A DNA stretch of 64,000 nt from Heterodontus francisci (Eukaryota). Positions 52,331 through 64,000 of this stretch are shown piece by piece (the first letter of the stretch is position 1; the number at the start of each line of letters is the position of its first letter). The translations under genes were made by a program, and so were the position numbers. The stretch is taken from assembly GCF_036365525.1 (NCBI RefSeq), contig NC_090372.1:146462365-146526364 (forward strand). The letters are read 5' to 3'. Below the pieces are notes generated by a model. That model had not been told where the DNA came from. It searched no databases and was given only the letters and a program-made list of their open reading frames with translations.

Positions 52331-52884
52331 AATCAACTTCCACATGGACATTGGCAAAGCATAGCTCTACCTTCTCGTTTGACCCTCTATTACCTCTGTG
52401 CTGTCCAATATTCAGTTTTGAATGAAACACGTTTTCTCTCAGTTACATATGGCAAAGCTCAAAGCCTTGGGCCTCCACCAGAAACTTTGTTGCCTTGCCA
52501 CTGATTCCACATCTTCCCATATTAAACTCAAGAGCTAAAATCTCCCCAAGCCTCATTTCCATATTCAGGCTACAACTCCCACCTGATCCTGGCTGCCAGG
52601 CCTCAGCTTCCCTCAACCTACTACCTGAAATCTCTTCAAGGGCACCCCACCGTTGAGGCACTGTCTTCCTGGAGCTGCAGCCTCAGCAATGGTCACCTCT
52701 GATTAGGCTAGCAGTTTGTGGGGGTGGGTCACCATCCTTAATTGGATGGCGATCCCAGTGGCAGCCTGTTAATTGGGCATCGCCGGCAATATGCCATCCC
52801 GGGTCCTGCCACCTGCCAAAGTGGGGTCACCTTCCACTTTCAGCCACGCGGCACGACTTGCCGATAATCAGCAAAATTCAGCCT

Positions 52885-53215
52885 CATGTATCCTCCATCA
52901 CCGAGAGCGTCTGCTTCCACCTTCGTAACATTGCCTGCTTCTGCCCCTCCCTCAGCCCATCTGCTGCTGAAACCCTCATTCGTGCTTTCTTTACCTCCAG
53001 GCTTGACTATTCCAGTTCTCTCCTGGCTGGTTCCAATTCTTCATGCTCTTTAAACTTCAGCTCATCCAAAACTCTGCTGCACATTCCCTGTTCCACATCA
53101 AGACCAACTCATCTATTGCTCCTGTTCCCGGCCTTTTTTTGTTCAATTACACCTCTGCAAAGAGCCTTGAGACATTTTCTCAAGTTAAAAGTGTTATATA
53201 AATTCATCTTATTGT
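52885..53215 (+). mobile_element. Old L2 fragment
   Basis: FHLRNIA...AETLIRAFFTSRLDYSSSLLAG. Confidence 0.75.
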
Positions 53216-53489
53216 TACAAAGAGCTTTCTGTCATTCTTGGAAGGAGCCATGATGAAATATACAATGAACGGAAGGAATTATGAAATAAAAGTCAGCTAT
53301 TGAACTGAACCACAAGCAATGGGCACATTTGTACCACAGACAAAATGGAGTAGAGATCAAGTGACCCCTCCTATACAATCAATAAACAAGCTTGTCTGCA
53401 AAGATGAAACTCATTAACGGCATCTGAATTAATTCTGGGAAGAACCCATTGAAATTTAAATGAGTCCATTACATTTTGATGACTCCTAT

Positions 53490-54702
53490 TGTTATGACCA
53501 AGGCTGGAGGAATGCACTATCTTTCTCTAGTTGCACTACTCCACAGGTCACAGCATATATTTAAATGTTTACCAAGTTACCGATACGGGCAAATATAGAC
53601 TCTATTTTTATTTCAGAATAAAATCCATCAAGCAGGTTTCTTTAATAAACAACAATATCACCAATATATTATTAAACTAGGCTTATTCGGTAAAGATGCA
53701 AAACATTAACACACAGATTGAAATCTGAAAGTTCCCTTCTAAATTAGCCCTACACATACAAGCACACAGCAGTTAAAGAAAAAATAAAGAAGTTTTCTCT
53801 GCAGAGATCTCTTTACAAAAAAAACCTTAGCCAGATACTTGTTAACTCTTGAAGGGAAAGAGAGGATATGGAATGATATCAGTTGTCCCTTTATTCTGGC
53901 ATCCCAAATACGTGTAGACAGCTGTCACTGGGATTTTTTGGAGCAGTTCTCTTTCGGTGATGTCGAGGATTAGTCTGGCAGGCTTTCCAGGGGAAATGCT
54001 GCATCGGGGGTTTCAGCTATCACTCTGGATTCTCAGGCTTTCAGAGAAGTGAAGAAAGGATGAGCTTGGTGTTTCTCTCAGCAGGCTGCAATCCTCAACT
54101 CACGCAAAACAACATCTAAAACGAAACCAACTCCTGACCACCATAAATCTTGACATGTCACTTCTCTGTAAATAACTCCCCTAGTCACCAAGACTCTTGC
54201 TGTTTACTTAGCTGAAGACATGTGACTTCCAGTAAGTGTGTTTCTAAACCAAGTTCCAAGTCCTTTTTTTTATTTTTAGAGATACAGCACTGAAACAGGC
54301 CCTTCAGCCCACCGAGTCTGTGCCGACCAACAACCACCCATTTATATTAACCCTACAGTAATCCCATATTCCCTACCACCTACCTACACTAGGGGCAATT
54401 TACAACGACCAATTTACCTATCACCTGCAAGTCTTTGGCTGTGGGAGGAAACCGGAGCACCCTGCGAAAACCCACGCGGTCACAGGGAGAACTTGCAAAC
54501 TCTGCACAGGCAGTACCCAGAATCGAACCCGGGTCCCTGGAGCTGTGAGGCTGCGGTGCTAACCACTGCGCCACTGTGCCACCCCTTGCGCCACTGTCCA
54601 GCATCTATGTAATCTGTTCTGTCCTCCAAAAGGAATCCATTTCCACAATTTTAAAACACAAGTCCTCACAAAATATTAAGAAATGGAAGTACTTTCATAA
54701 CA
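53490..54702. mobile_element. Solo LTR containing a V-SINE
   Basis: TGTTATGA...TCATAACA termini and a perfect 4-bp TSD CTAT (53486-53489, 54703-54706). Confidence 0.85.
54263..54585 (-). mobile_element. V-SINE (HE1-like)
   Basis: Same head, core and tail as 36471-36775 and 47541-47904. Confidence 0.92.
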
Positions 54703-55609
54703 CTATCTAAGGAATGAAATTACAAAGGTTCTCTAGACAGACTGACTCCACAGCCCAAACCAAGATGAATAGGTGTGAAGAAGCACAATTGTAACAGAAT
54801 GGTCCCACCCAGATGTCAACAGATAGTAATGGTTTCCATGTCCTGGACCATTGTGTGCTCACACCAGGTGAGAGGGCCATGTGTCACCTGACAGAGACTC
54901 AAATGTGATGGATTTTTAGCTTATAAGGTAGCCCTCTGGAGAGAAAGAGGAGTTCAAGCAAAGACCACAGAAAGCCAGTTCTAGCCAAATGCTGAGAGAT
55001 TGGTCCAGCTAAGGAAGAAGCCCTGCTGCTGTACCTCAACTTGCTGCAGCAGAGAACCTAAAAAAGTGACCACTGCCTGACTTTTAACCACCAGAAATCT
55101 ACAACACCTCAGCAAGTTCATGACTGCAAACATCCAGGCGTGCACCTTTGAAAAGACTTTCCTCCCGAGAAGATTCAACAGGTTTTGGTGAACCACGACC
55201 TCTTACATCACTTGAAACTTTAATTGCCTCCCTTCTATCTATCTATATGTATGCATGTGTGCATGTGTGAATGCCGTGAGTGGGTGAAGGTTGCGAACAA
55301 TTTGGATTTTGCTGTTAAATAAAAAATGTAACCTTCCTTTTCTTCAACCTATGAGAAAACCTGTCATTTGTCTGTTTATTTGACCTTTAAAAGCACTCAG
55401 GGACTGACACACCATTTTTAACAAAACACCAGCACAGACACGATGGGCCAAGTGACCTCTTTCTATGTCTTAAACTTTCTATGATTCTATCTGCAGTCAA
55501 TTGGGAGGTGAAAATTGGAAGTCACCCACACCACTTAGCACCTGTGCATCATAGTTTCCTTCAAAATATAGTTAAAATTCTGTTTGTGTGTGATACTCAT
55601 GCATACTTT

Positions 55610-58600
55610 TGTAATGAGTTCTTTTATGTTGTCTGATGCAACATAAGTGAGATGTGTGAAGTCCAGTTGGTTGAAGATCTCAAACAGATTTATTTACAGC
55701 TAGACTATTAGAAACCGTACAGAGCTAACTATTTACAGACCCTTGCTCTGGAGTAAGTTACAGTTACAGAGTGACCCTGGTTCGGAGTCACATGACAGCA
55801 TCCTGGTACTTGGCTTATAAGCATACTAAGATCTTAAAGGGACATCACTCTTAAAGGCATTCATACAACATCTTTTTCTTTCCAGAGATACGTCTCATCT
55901 GCTAATAGTAAAAAAACACATAACATTAGATAACATCAGAATTAGTTACACGGAACATAGATTATAAAATTTACAAGTATAGAGGCTCAAAAATCCATAT
56001 ATCGCCTTGGTGGTTTGACAACTCTTGCTTGGGGACTTTGTGTCTCATCTGTTACTGTTCTTTCTGAAGTTTCTCCCTCACTGCATTCAGTTTCTGTGGC
56101 TCTGCCTTCAACCTGCTAACATATTCTATTAATAATAACGTATTCTATTGCTTTTCTCAAAATGACCATTTTTGAGGCCTTGTCATTCTTGGAAAGCTCC
56201 AGCATCTCATCTCGAAGATCCAACAGACAATACTTCAAGTCATTCCTCCTCTGCCTCTTCAGGACATTGCGTATCCTTCACCTCTCCTCATCTTCTGCGT
56301 CTGAAGGCCTGGGGCTCAAGGTCGAGGACTTGTTGGGGAAAGGAGTACTTGGCCTCATGGCGATACCTGTCCATTCTGGCTCACAGTGCTGACGGTTCTC
56401 TGGATAGCAGAGGTGAAGGCGTGGCCTAGTTGTGCTGTTGCTGGGTTTCCGGACTGCACTGTTTGATGCTAGTCAGAGTCTGCAAGCGGGTTCCGGTCCT
56501 TGTAGATTTCCTCTCGGGATTGCTCCCTACTGCCCACTTTTGCTTCTCAGCGTTTGCAACATCAATCTCTTCTTCTGAGTTGCTGGAAGGCGATGAGACA
56601 GTGCTTGTTGACAGAGAACTTTCACCGCAAGGAATGGGTGGCCCGTTGTATGCGGATAACTTGGCAGTTGTCGGTTGCATCATTGATTTCCAACGACTCT
56701 GATACATATCTTTGAGTATTCGAACTGATAGGATATTTGCACTAGCACCGGTGTCAATCTTAATCCTGAGTGTATGTTTGCCAGCTTTCTTTGGGCACGT
56801 GATGTTAATAGTGGCGAAAGCTTCCAGTTGTTTGACTTCATCCACATGATGTGCCAGGTTCACAATGTGGAACGCCTGTTCGTCGTCTGGCTGAGAATTA
56901 CTCCTCCTTGAGTCTTGTCTCAGTTCTGCTTCGCTGTGAATTTTGTGTATCGGCTTGTGTTTACACAGGTGCTTTCCTTGCCGCTGTTGCCCTGTTCTCT
57001 GTTTGTTTGTGTTCTACCATGACGTCTGGCTGTGTCTTTGGTGTCTTTCATTGGTGGGCCCAGTGTCCTTTTGCATCGCAAACCTTGCACAGTTCACGAA
57101 ATGCAAGGCATTGTGACAGTGACCAGGCTTACCACATAGCTTGCTTGCTTGTTTCAACCTGGTTATGGTGCTGATACTGTTGGTTGCACTAGTGCTTGCA
57201 AATGCTGTTGTCCAGCTACAATGGCTTCGTATTTCCTGCCATCTTCCAGCAGTGCGTCAATGCTGTGACCTTTCTCCCCACACCCCCCACCCCTCCAAGA
57301 GGCCTTTCTGAAACACTTCAATAGGCGTCGTCGATACAATCACTAGTTCCATTATTTGGACCGACGGCTCAATTTGAGAAGTCACGTTCGTTGTCCTTAC
57401 TACAGTATGTGCTGATGAACTGGTCTATTGATTCCTGTGGCTGTTGCCTGTAGGACATCAATTCCAGGTGGTGAATTCTAAAATTCACTCGTAATCGGAG
57501 CTGATCTTCTAGCACTTTCCATATCTTTGCAGGATCTTTCTGGTCCTCATCAGATAGTCCAGAGGTGTTGATTCTGTGTAATCCCTCATTTCCAACTGCA
57601 ATTAGTATTTTTACAGCCTGTTCTTCTGGTTCTAGAATTATTTGGTCTGTGAAGAATCACTGTATTCTTTGTTTGAATAGTTGCAACTTGGATAGAATAT
57701 TCAAGGCCTTCCAGTTCATGCTGGGAAATTTTGTATCCATATTTCTGGTGTTCTTTTGCTTTAAAACTTGCTTTAAGACTAGTTCTATGACTCTGCACTG
57801 TTTCCCCTTTAAGAAACTCTGTTATTTATACTAGCTGCTTTGATTGACAGAAGCAGGTGTTTCCCAGTGCTGTGCTTATCTTGCTTCCAGAACTTAAGCC
57901 TGTTCTGTTTACATTGCTGTTTAATAGACAGTTCAGTGGGGTTTTTTTTAGAGTTTATGTTCTTCACACCTGAGTGGTTTTAATGTTTTTTTTACTGTGG
58001 CTTTGTGAATGGAAGCTGCTTTCATGCTCGAGTAGTTTAATAGGTTTTTTTAAAACTTTGGCTGCACGAATGAAGGGTTTTTCCACGCTTTTTACAACAG
58101 ACGCCTCCTGTAATGATGCCAATCTCGATCAGCCTGGTAAGGGAGTACGATTTTCCCCCTTTTTTAACTTGGAGCTTTTAGGAGGGAGAAAAAAGATCTT
58201 TTGAAGGATTTCAAAGATTTTTTTTAAAGCAGTATCCCTCGCCCGCCAGCACAATGACTCACCTGATTTACTTGCAGCCTGTTGTTCTGTGCTCTGTCTT
58301 CTACAGCTTGAGGTAAGTTCTTTGTTCACTGTTTGAGCCAGTACTTTTCTTGAACTTTTGCTCTACTGGCTGTAGGAAAAGTTGTTCTCAGAACTGTTAA
58401 CCGTGGTCTTCAACCTTAGACTTTGTCTTCTCACCACAGCTGCCACCATATAATGAGTTATTTTATGTTGTCTGCTACAAGCAACATAAATGAGATGCAT
58501 GGAGTAAAATTGGTTGAAGATCTCAAACAGGTTTATTTACAGCTAGACTATTATATACAGTACAGAGCTAATTATTTACGGCATCTTACTCTGGGTGTTG

Positions 58601-58710
58601 CAGTTGCAGAGTGACCCTGGCTCCCAGTCACATGACTGCATCCTGGTACTTGCCTCAAGAGCATACTAAGATCTTAAAAGGACATTACTCTTAAAGTCAA
58701 TGAAACAATA
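55610..58710 (-). mobile_element. Gypsy LTR retrotransposon with most of pol deleted
   Basis: Direct ~260-bp LTRs (55610-55870, 58449-58710). PBS TGGTGGCAGC is complementary to the tRNA-Leu 3' end; PPT at 55871-55885. Gag zinc knuckle CKVCDAKGHWA, protease KIDTGASAN, and integrase-tail-like RVVKPPRR. Confidence 0.88.
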
Positions 58711-59227
58711 ATTTTTACATCAAATTATATTTTATATTTCAACAAAGTTGATTTGTTTGGCATTGCATTCCACCAGCACACAGTGTAGCATACACTGCTA
58801 TTTGTGAGGTAAATGCAAATAATAATTACCTTCCTATGTATTGAATTGTTTTTTGATTTTTTAGCTTTCAACAACATTGACACAGGTTTAATGCTACCAG
58901 CTTTAACTAGCAATATGTGAACTCCAAAAATTACTTTTCTAAATGCACCTGATCATTTGTAGAACATATGTCATTATATATCACAAGGTAACACAGTAGC
59001 CAGGCTTTATTGCTTCATTACCAAGGGCAATTAAATTATAGGATGAAACCAGCAAAAATATCCTTAAAGGGAAAAATTCAGCTCGTCACTCATCTGAAAA
59101 ATGTAATTCAACTTAGATAGTTCAGTTGGGCTGATTTGCTGCAGCAATATGCATTGTAATTTGTCACTTTGCAGTGTGCAAACCTACACAGTGTAAGATT
59201 TGATAAGATGGGGGTGTTTTATACCCC

Positions 59228-62200
59228 AAAGAACAAAGAACAAAGAACAAAGATAATTACAGCACAGGAACAGGCCCTTCGGCCCTCCAAGCCTGCGCCG
59301 ATCCAGATCCTCTCTCTAAACATGTCGCCTATTTTCTAAGCTTCTGTATCTCTTTTCTTCCTGCCCATTCATGTATCTGTCTAGATACATCTTAAAAGAC
59401 TCCATCGTGCCCGCATCTACCACCTCCGCTGGCAATGCATTCCAGGTGCCCACCACCCTCTGCGTAAAGAACTTTCCACGCATATCCCCCCTAAACTTTT
59501 CCCCTTTCACTTTGAACTCGTGTCCTCTAGTAATTGAAACCCCCACTCTGGGAAAAAGCTTCTTGCTATCCACCCTGTCTATACCTCTCATGATTTTGTA
59601 CACCTCAATCAGGTCCCCCCTCAACCTCCGTCTTTCTAATGAAAATAATCCTAATCTACTCAACCTCTCTTCATAGCTAGCGCCCTCCATACCAGGCAAC
59701 ATCCTGGTGAACCTCCTCTGCACCCTTTCCAAAGCATCCACATCCTTTTGATAATGTGGCGACCAGAACTGTACGCAGTATTCCAAATGTGGCCGAACCA
59801 AAGTCCTATACAACTGTAACATGACCTGCCAACTCTTGTACTCAATGCCCCGTCCGATGAAGGAAAGCATGCCGTATGCCTTCTTGACCACTCTATTTAC
59901 CTGCGTTGCCACCTTCAGGGAACAGTGGACCTGAACACCCAAATCTCTCTGGACATCAATTTTCCCCAGGACTTTTCCATTTATTGTACAGTTCACTCTT
60001 GAATTGGATCTTCCAAAATGCATCACCTCGCATTTGCCCGGATTGAACTCCATCTGCCATTTCTCTGCCCAACTCTCCAATCTATCTATATTCTGCTGTA
60101 TTCTCTGACAGTCCCCTTCACTATCTGCTACTCCACCAATCTTAGTGTCGTCTGCAAATTTGCTAATCAGTCCACCTATACTTTCCTCCAAATCATTAAT
60201 GTATATCACAAACAACAGTGGTCCCAGCACGGATCCCTGTGGAACACCACTGGTCACACGTCTCCATTTTGAGAAACTCCCTTCTACTGCTACTCTCTGT
60301 CTCCTGTTGCCCAGCCAGTTCTTTATCCATCTAGCTAGTACACCTTGGACCCCAAGCGCCTTCACTTTCTCCATCAGTCTGCCATGGGGAACCTTATCAA
60401 ACGCCTTACTGAAGTCCATGTATATGACATCGACAGCCCTTCCGTCATCAATCAACTTTGTCACTTCCTCAAAGAATTCTATTAAGTTGGTAAGACATGA
60501 CCTTCCCTGCACAAAACCATGTTGCCTATCACTGATGAGCCCATTTTCTTCCAAATGGGAATAGATCCTATCCCTCAGTATCTTCTCCAGCAGCTTCCCT
60601 ACCACTGACGTCAGGCTCACCGGTCTATAATTACCTGGATTATCCCTGCTACCCTTCTTAAACAAGGGGACAACATTAGCAATTCTCCAGTCCTCCGGGA
60701 CCTCACCCGTGTTTAAGGATGCTGCAAAGATATCTGTTAAGGCCCCAGCTATTTCCTCTCTCGCTTCCCTCAGTAACCTGGGATAGATCCCATCCGGACC
60801 TGGGGACTTGTCCACCTTAATGCCCTTTAGAATACCCAACACTTCCTCCCTCCTTATGCCGACTTGACCTAGAGTAATCAAACATCTGTTCCTAACCTCA
60901 ACATCCGTCATGTCCCTCTCCTCGGTGAATACCGATGCAAAGTACTCGTTTAGAATCTCACCCATTTTCTCTGAGTCCAAGCATAACATTCCTCCTTTGT
61001 CCTTTAGTGGGCCAATCCTTTCTCTGGTTACCCTCTTTCTCCTTATATATGAATAAAAGGCTTTGGGACTTTCCTTAACCCTGTTTGCTAAAGATATTTC
61101 ATGACCCCTTTTAGCCCTCTTAATTCCTCGTTTCAGATTGGTCCTACATTCCCGATATTCTTTCAAAGCTTCGTCTTTCATCAGCCGCCTAGACCTTATG
61201 TATGCTTCCTTTTTCCTCTTAGCAAGTCTCACAATTTCACCTGTCATCCATGGTTCCCTAATCTTGCCATTTCTATCCCTCATTTTCACAGGAACATGTC
61301 TCTCCTGCACGCTAATCAACCTCTCTTTAAAAGCCTCCCACATATCACATGTGGATTTACCTTCAAACAGCTGCTCCCAATCTACATTTCCCAGCTCCTG
61401 CCGAATTTTGGTATAGTTGGCCTTCCCCCAATTTAGCACTCTTCCTTTAGGACCACTCTCGTCTTTGTCCATGAGTATTTTAAAGCTTACGGAATTGTGA
61501 TCACTATTCCCAAAGTAGTCCCCTACTGAAACTTCAACAACCTGGCCGGGCTCATTCCCCAACACCAGGTCCAGTATGGCCCCTTCCCGAGTTGGACTAT
61601 TTACATACTGCTCTAGAAAACCCTCCTGGATGCTCCTTACAAATTCTGCTCCATCTGGACCTCTAACATTAAGCGAATCCCAGTCAATGTTGGGAAAATT
61701 AAAATCTCCTATCACCACCACCCTGTTGCTCCTACATCTTTCCATAATCTGTTTACATATTTGTACCTCTATCTCACGCTCGCTGTTGGGAGGCCTGTAG
61801 TACAGCCCCAACATTGTTACCGCACCCTTCCTATTTCTGAGTTCTGTCCATATTGCCTCACTGCTCGAGTCCTCCATAGTGCCCTCCTTCAGCACAGCTG
61901 TGATATCCTCTTTGACCAGTAATGCAACTCCTCCACCCCTTTTACCTCCCTCTCTATCCCGCCTGAAGCATCGATATCCTGGGATATTTAGTTGCCAATC
62001 ATGCCCTTCCCTCAACCAAGTCTCAGTAATAGCAATAACATCATACTCCCAGGTACTAATCCAAGCCCTAAGTTCATCTGCCTTACCAACTACACTTCTT
62101 GCATTAAAACAAATGCACCTCAGACCACCAGTCCCTTTATATTCATCATCTGCTCCCTGCCTGCTCTTCCCCTTAGTCACACTGACTTCATTATCTAGTT

Positions 62201-62296
62201 TCTTACAGGCTTTTGTTACTACCTCCTCACTGTCAACTGACCTCAATTGGTTCCCATCCCCCTGCCACATTAGTTTAAACCCTCCCCAACAGCGTT
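59228..62296 (-). mobile_element. Young CR1 LINE, 5'-truncated within the end of ORF1
   Basis: (TTCTTTG)n tail at 59228-59253 and an uninterrupted ORF2. Confidence 0.95.
59316..62270 (-). CDS. CR1 ORF2, APE endonuclease plus reverse transcriptase, 984 aa, intact
   Basis: Starts MWQGDG at a TAATG stop/start overlap with the ORF1 remnant; motifs NARS, ITETWL, GDFN, SDH, DFSKAFD and FADD are present. Confidence 0.92.
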   Translation of the reverse strand: MWQGDGNQLRSVDSEEVVTKACKKLDNEVSVTKGKSRQGADDEYKGTGGLRCICFNARSVVGKADELRAWISTWEYDVIAITETWLREGHDWQLNIPGYRCFRRDREGGKRGGGVALLVKEDITAVLKEGTMEDSSSEAIWTELRNRKGAVTMLGLYYRPPNSEREIEVQICKQIMERCRSNRVVVIGDFNFPNIDWDSLNVRGPDGAEFVRSIQEGFLEQYVNSPTREGAILDLVLGNEPGQVVEVSVGDYFGNSDHNSVSFKILMDKDESGPKGRVLNWGKANYTKIRQELGNVDWEQLFEGKSTCDMWEAFKERLISVQERHVPVKMRDRNGKIREPWMTGEIVRLAKRKKEAYIRSRRLMKDEALKEYRECRTNLKRGIKRAKRGHEISLANRVKESPKAFYSYIRRKRVTRERIGPLKDKGGMLCLDSEKMGEILNEYFASVFTEERDMTDVEVRNRCLITLGQVGIRREEVLGILKGIKVDKSPGPDGIYPRLLREAREEIAGALTDIFAASLNTGEVPEDWRIANVVPLFKKGSRDNPGNYRPVSLTSVVGKLLEKILRDRIYSHLEENGLISDRQHGFVQGRSCLTNLIEFFEEVTKLIDDGRAVDVIYMDFSKAFDKVPHGRLMEKVKALGVQGVLARWIKNWLGNRRQRVAVEGSFSKWRRVTSGVPQGSVLGPLLFVIYINDLEESIGGLISKFADDTKIGGVADSEGDCQRIQQNIDRLESWAEKWQMEFNPGKCEVMHFGRSNSRVNCTINGKVLGKIDVQRDLGVQVHCSLKVATQVNRVVKKAYGMLSFIGRGIEYKSWQVMLQLYRTLVRPHLEYCVQFWSPHYQKDVDALERVQRRFTRMLPGMEGASYEERLSRLGLFSLERRRLRGDLIEVYKIMRGIDRVDSKKLFPRVGVSITRGHEFKVKGEKFRGDMRGKFFTQRVVGTWNALPAEVVDAGTMESFKMYLDRYMNGQEEKRYRSLENRRHV

Positions 62297-64000
62297 GGGA
62301 ACAGACTTGGCAGCACAAAACTTGTTATGAATGATGTTATTGAGATAAAGGTAAGGACAAGTTTGTTAAGTTTTCAGATAAACCATAGTCATGAACTCAG
62401 GCAGTAATTAACAGTCTAACACAGATACTACCTGTATTAGAGATTGGACAGCAGAGTGCACGACTAGTTTCTTTTGCAGCTTTGGGGTCCTCAAGCTTTT
62501 TGGTCGCTCTCTCTCTCTTGTAATTTCTCTTGTTGTTCGAAGATTCTCTGCCGCACAGTAGCAAGGACAGGACTTCTTTTATCCTGGCAGCTTTCCAGTT
62601 AACCCTCCCCTCTCCCAATCAGTGATTATTCTTGTATTAAAGGATGTCTTTCTTAACCAACCAAGGATCATTTTGTGATGGTTGCTAACTTTTCAGATTT
62701 GCACAAGTAGTACCCCTTTGTGTTGACTACTTTATCTCAATGCTTTTACATTTCGAGGATGCCTTTCTCAGTACAAGAAAATCTACGCAGATGCTGTTTT
62801 CACTGTCTGCTCTCAATGTCTCACCCTTTTGCTGCAAGTAAGCATTTTAAAACTTGACATAATCTCCCAGAATCCCTCTGTCTTGACATCTTGTCCATAC
62901 TTTACTCTATCTCCTAAGCTTTACCACTTTACCATACTACAAAAAAGGGTTCTAATAAAGCTAAATGTTAGTTTCTGATACTTAGTTAGTTGTTAGTTTA
63001 TAATAGCTGGATTTTAACAATTAGTATGCTATTAGTACATGGTGATCACGATGCGTGATTATCCCATGCCCGATTGAAGTGATGCAGGAGGCAGGCAAAC
63101 TTCATGCTGCCTGCTCATTTCCATGATAATGGCATGTAGCCCAGCACTGAACACTGAATATCCTGCTGAGGGGCTACCAGGGGTTGGCAATGTGTCTGTA
63201 CACGGACACTAGTATCCATGGTAAAAATGTTGAGGTCTGTGACTGGTAATTTCAAGGATGCAAAATTTCCCATTGCCTTCTTTCCAACCAGTTGGATGGG
63301 TTCCGTTCTAACAAGATCCCACCAAAAACCACGAACTGGTCCTAAGTTTGGAAGTGCTGTCTCTGCTCTAAGCACCTGTCAGCTGTGAAACTGACAGCTG
63401 CGATTTTTTGAAAAAACTGACCAACCTCAAAGCAGCTCTACTGGAAGTTCCCACTCTCTGCAACTGTCAGAGAAAGGGGAGGGGGGCAGGAGAGACCACA
63501 CATGGGATGGATGACACACAGAGGGAGGGAGAGAGAGAGCGATCAAGATCACTCCTGACAGATGGAGATGTGTCTGGAATACTCCACATTGCTACAAGAA
63601 GTGTGCAGGCAAACATTGATTACTTATGCAAGCATAAAAAAGCCAGGTATCACACTAAATCACTGTCCAACATAGTGACCAGAGAATAAGTCAATAAATT
63701 AGTCTCCTCATTTAAAGCTTCTTCATAAAAATGCACCTTTTTTGTTGTTTTGATGAATAGTAAGATAAATTTTTTATGTCTTTATCTTTGTGAAATTGTC
63801 ACATCAGCCCCCTATGTTAAGACAAAAATTGTAATGTGGCCCCCACGCTAAAATGTTGGATATTCCTGCTTCAAGCCTTTAACCTTGTGTTTTAAAATAA
63901 CCTAGCAGCAAAAGTAATTACAAAAGTAATTTTCATTGTCATTGCATACTATTTTGCTTGCTAGCTAGCTAATACAATTGTGCTGCTCTCCATTGATGTT

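Noticed and set aside
54790-55555. Further possible LTR fragments (also ~62322-62980)
   Set aside because: They start TGT and look LTR-like, but I could not fix a right terminus or TSD.
62271-62318. N-terminal 16 aa of the listed 1000-aa ORF
   Set aside because: Derived from flank and the ORF1 remnant; the likely start is the ATG at 62270.

Overview
Vertebrate genomic DNA, very probably from a shark or other cartilaginous fish (inferred from the V-SINE/HE1-like, DeuSINE, CR1, L2 and Penelope repeats). The only host gene is on the + strand: three coding exons of a polypeptide N-acetylgalactosaminyltransferase, best matching GALNT15 (<1-137, 46378-46545, 51136-51253), separated by introns of 46,240 bp and 4,590 bp. 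The ORF track misses these exons. Most of the rest is nested transposons: many CR1 LINEs (one with an intact 984-aa ORF2), L2, RTE, Penelope fragments with hammerhead-like cores, two non-autonomous Helitrons, a decayed Harbinger transposase with MITEs, an internally deleted Gypsy element, solo LTRs and SINEs. The most unusual feature is a non-LTR retrotransposon family present as two full-length copies (27427-30716, 47088-50712). Each starts with a tRNA-like A-box/B-box head, has no ORF1 and no conserved AUG, and by eye has no TTTT run on its ~3.3-kb sense strand. A head+tail deletion derivative (SINE, 3128-3504) is also present. Together this suggests an autonomous, protein-coding LINE transcribed by RNA polymerase III. 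All calls were made by eye; repeat boundaries are approximate and family names need database confirmation.
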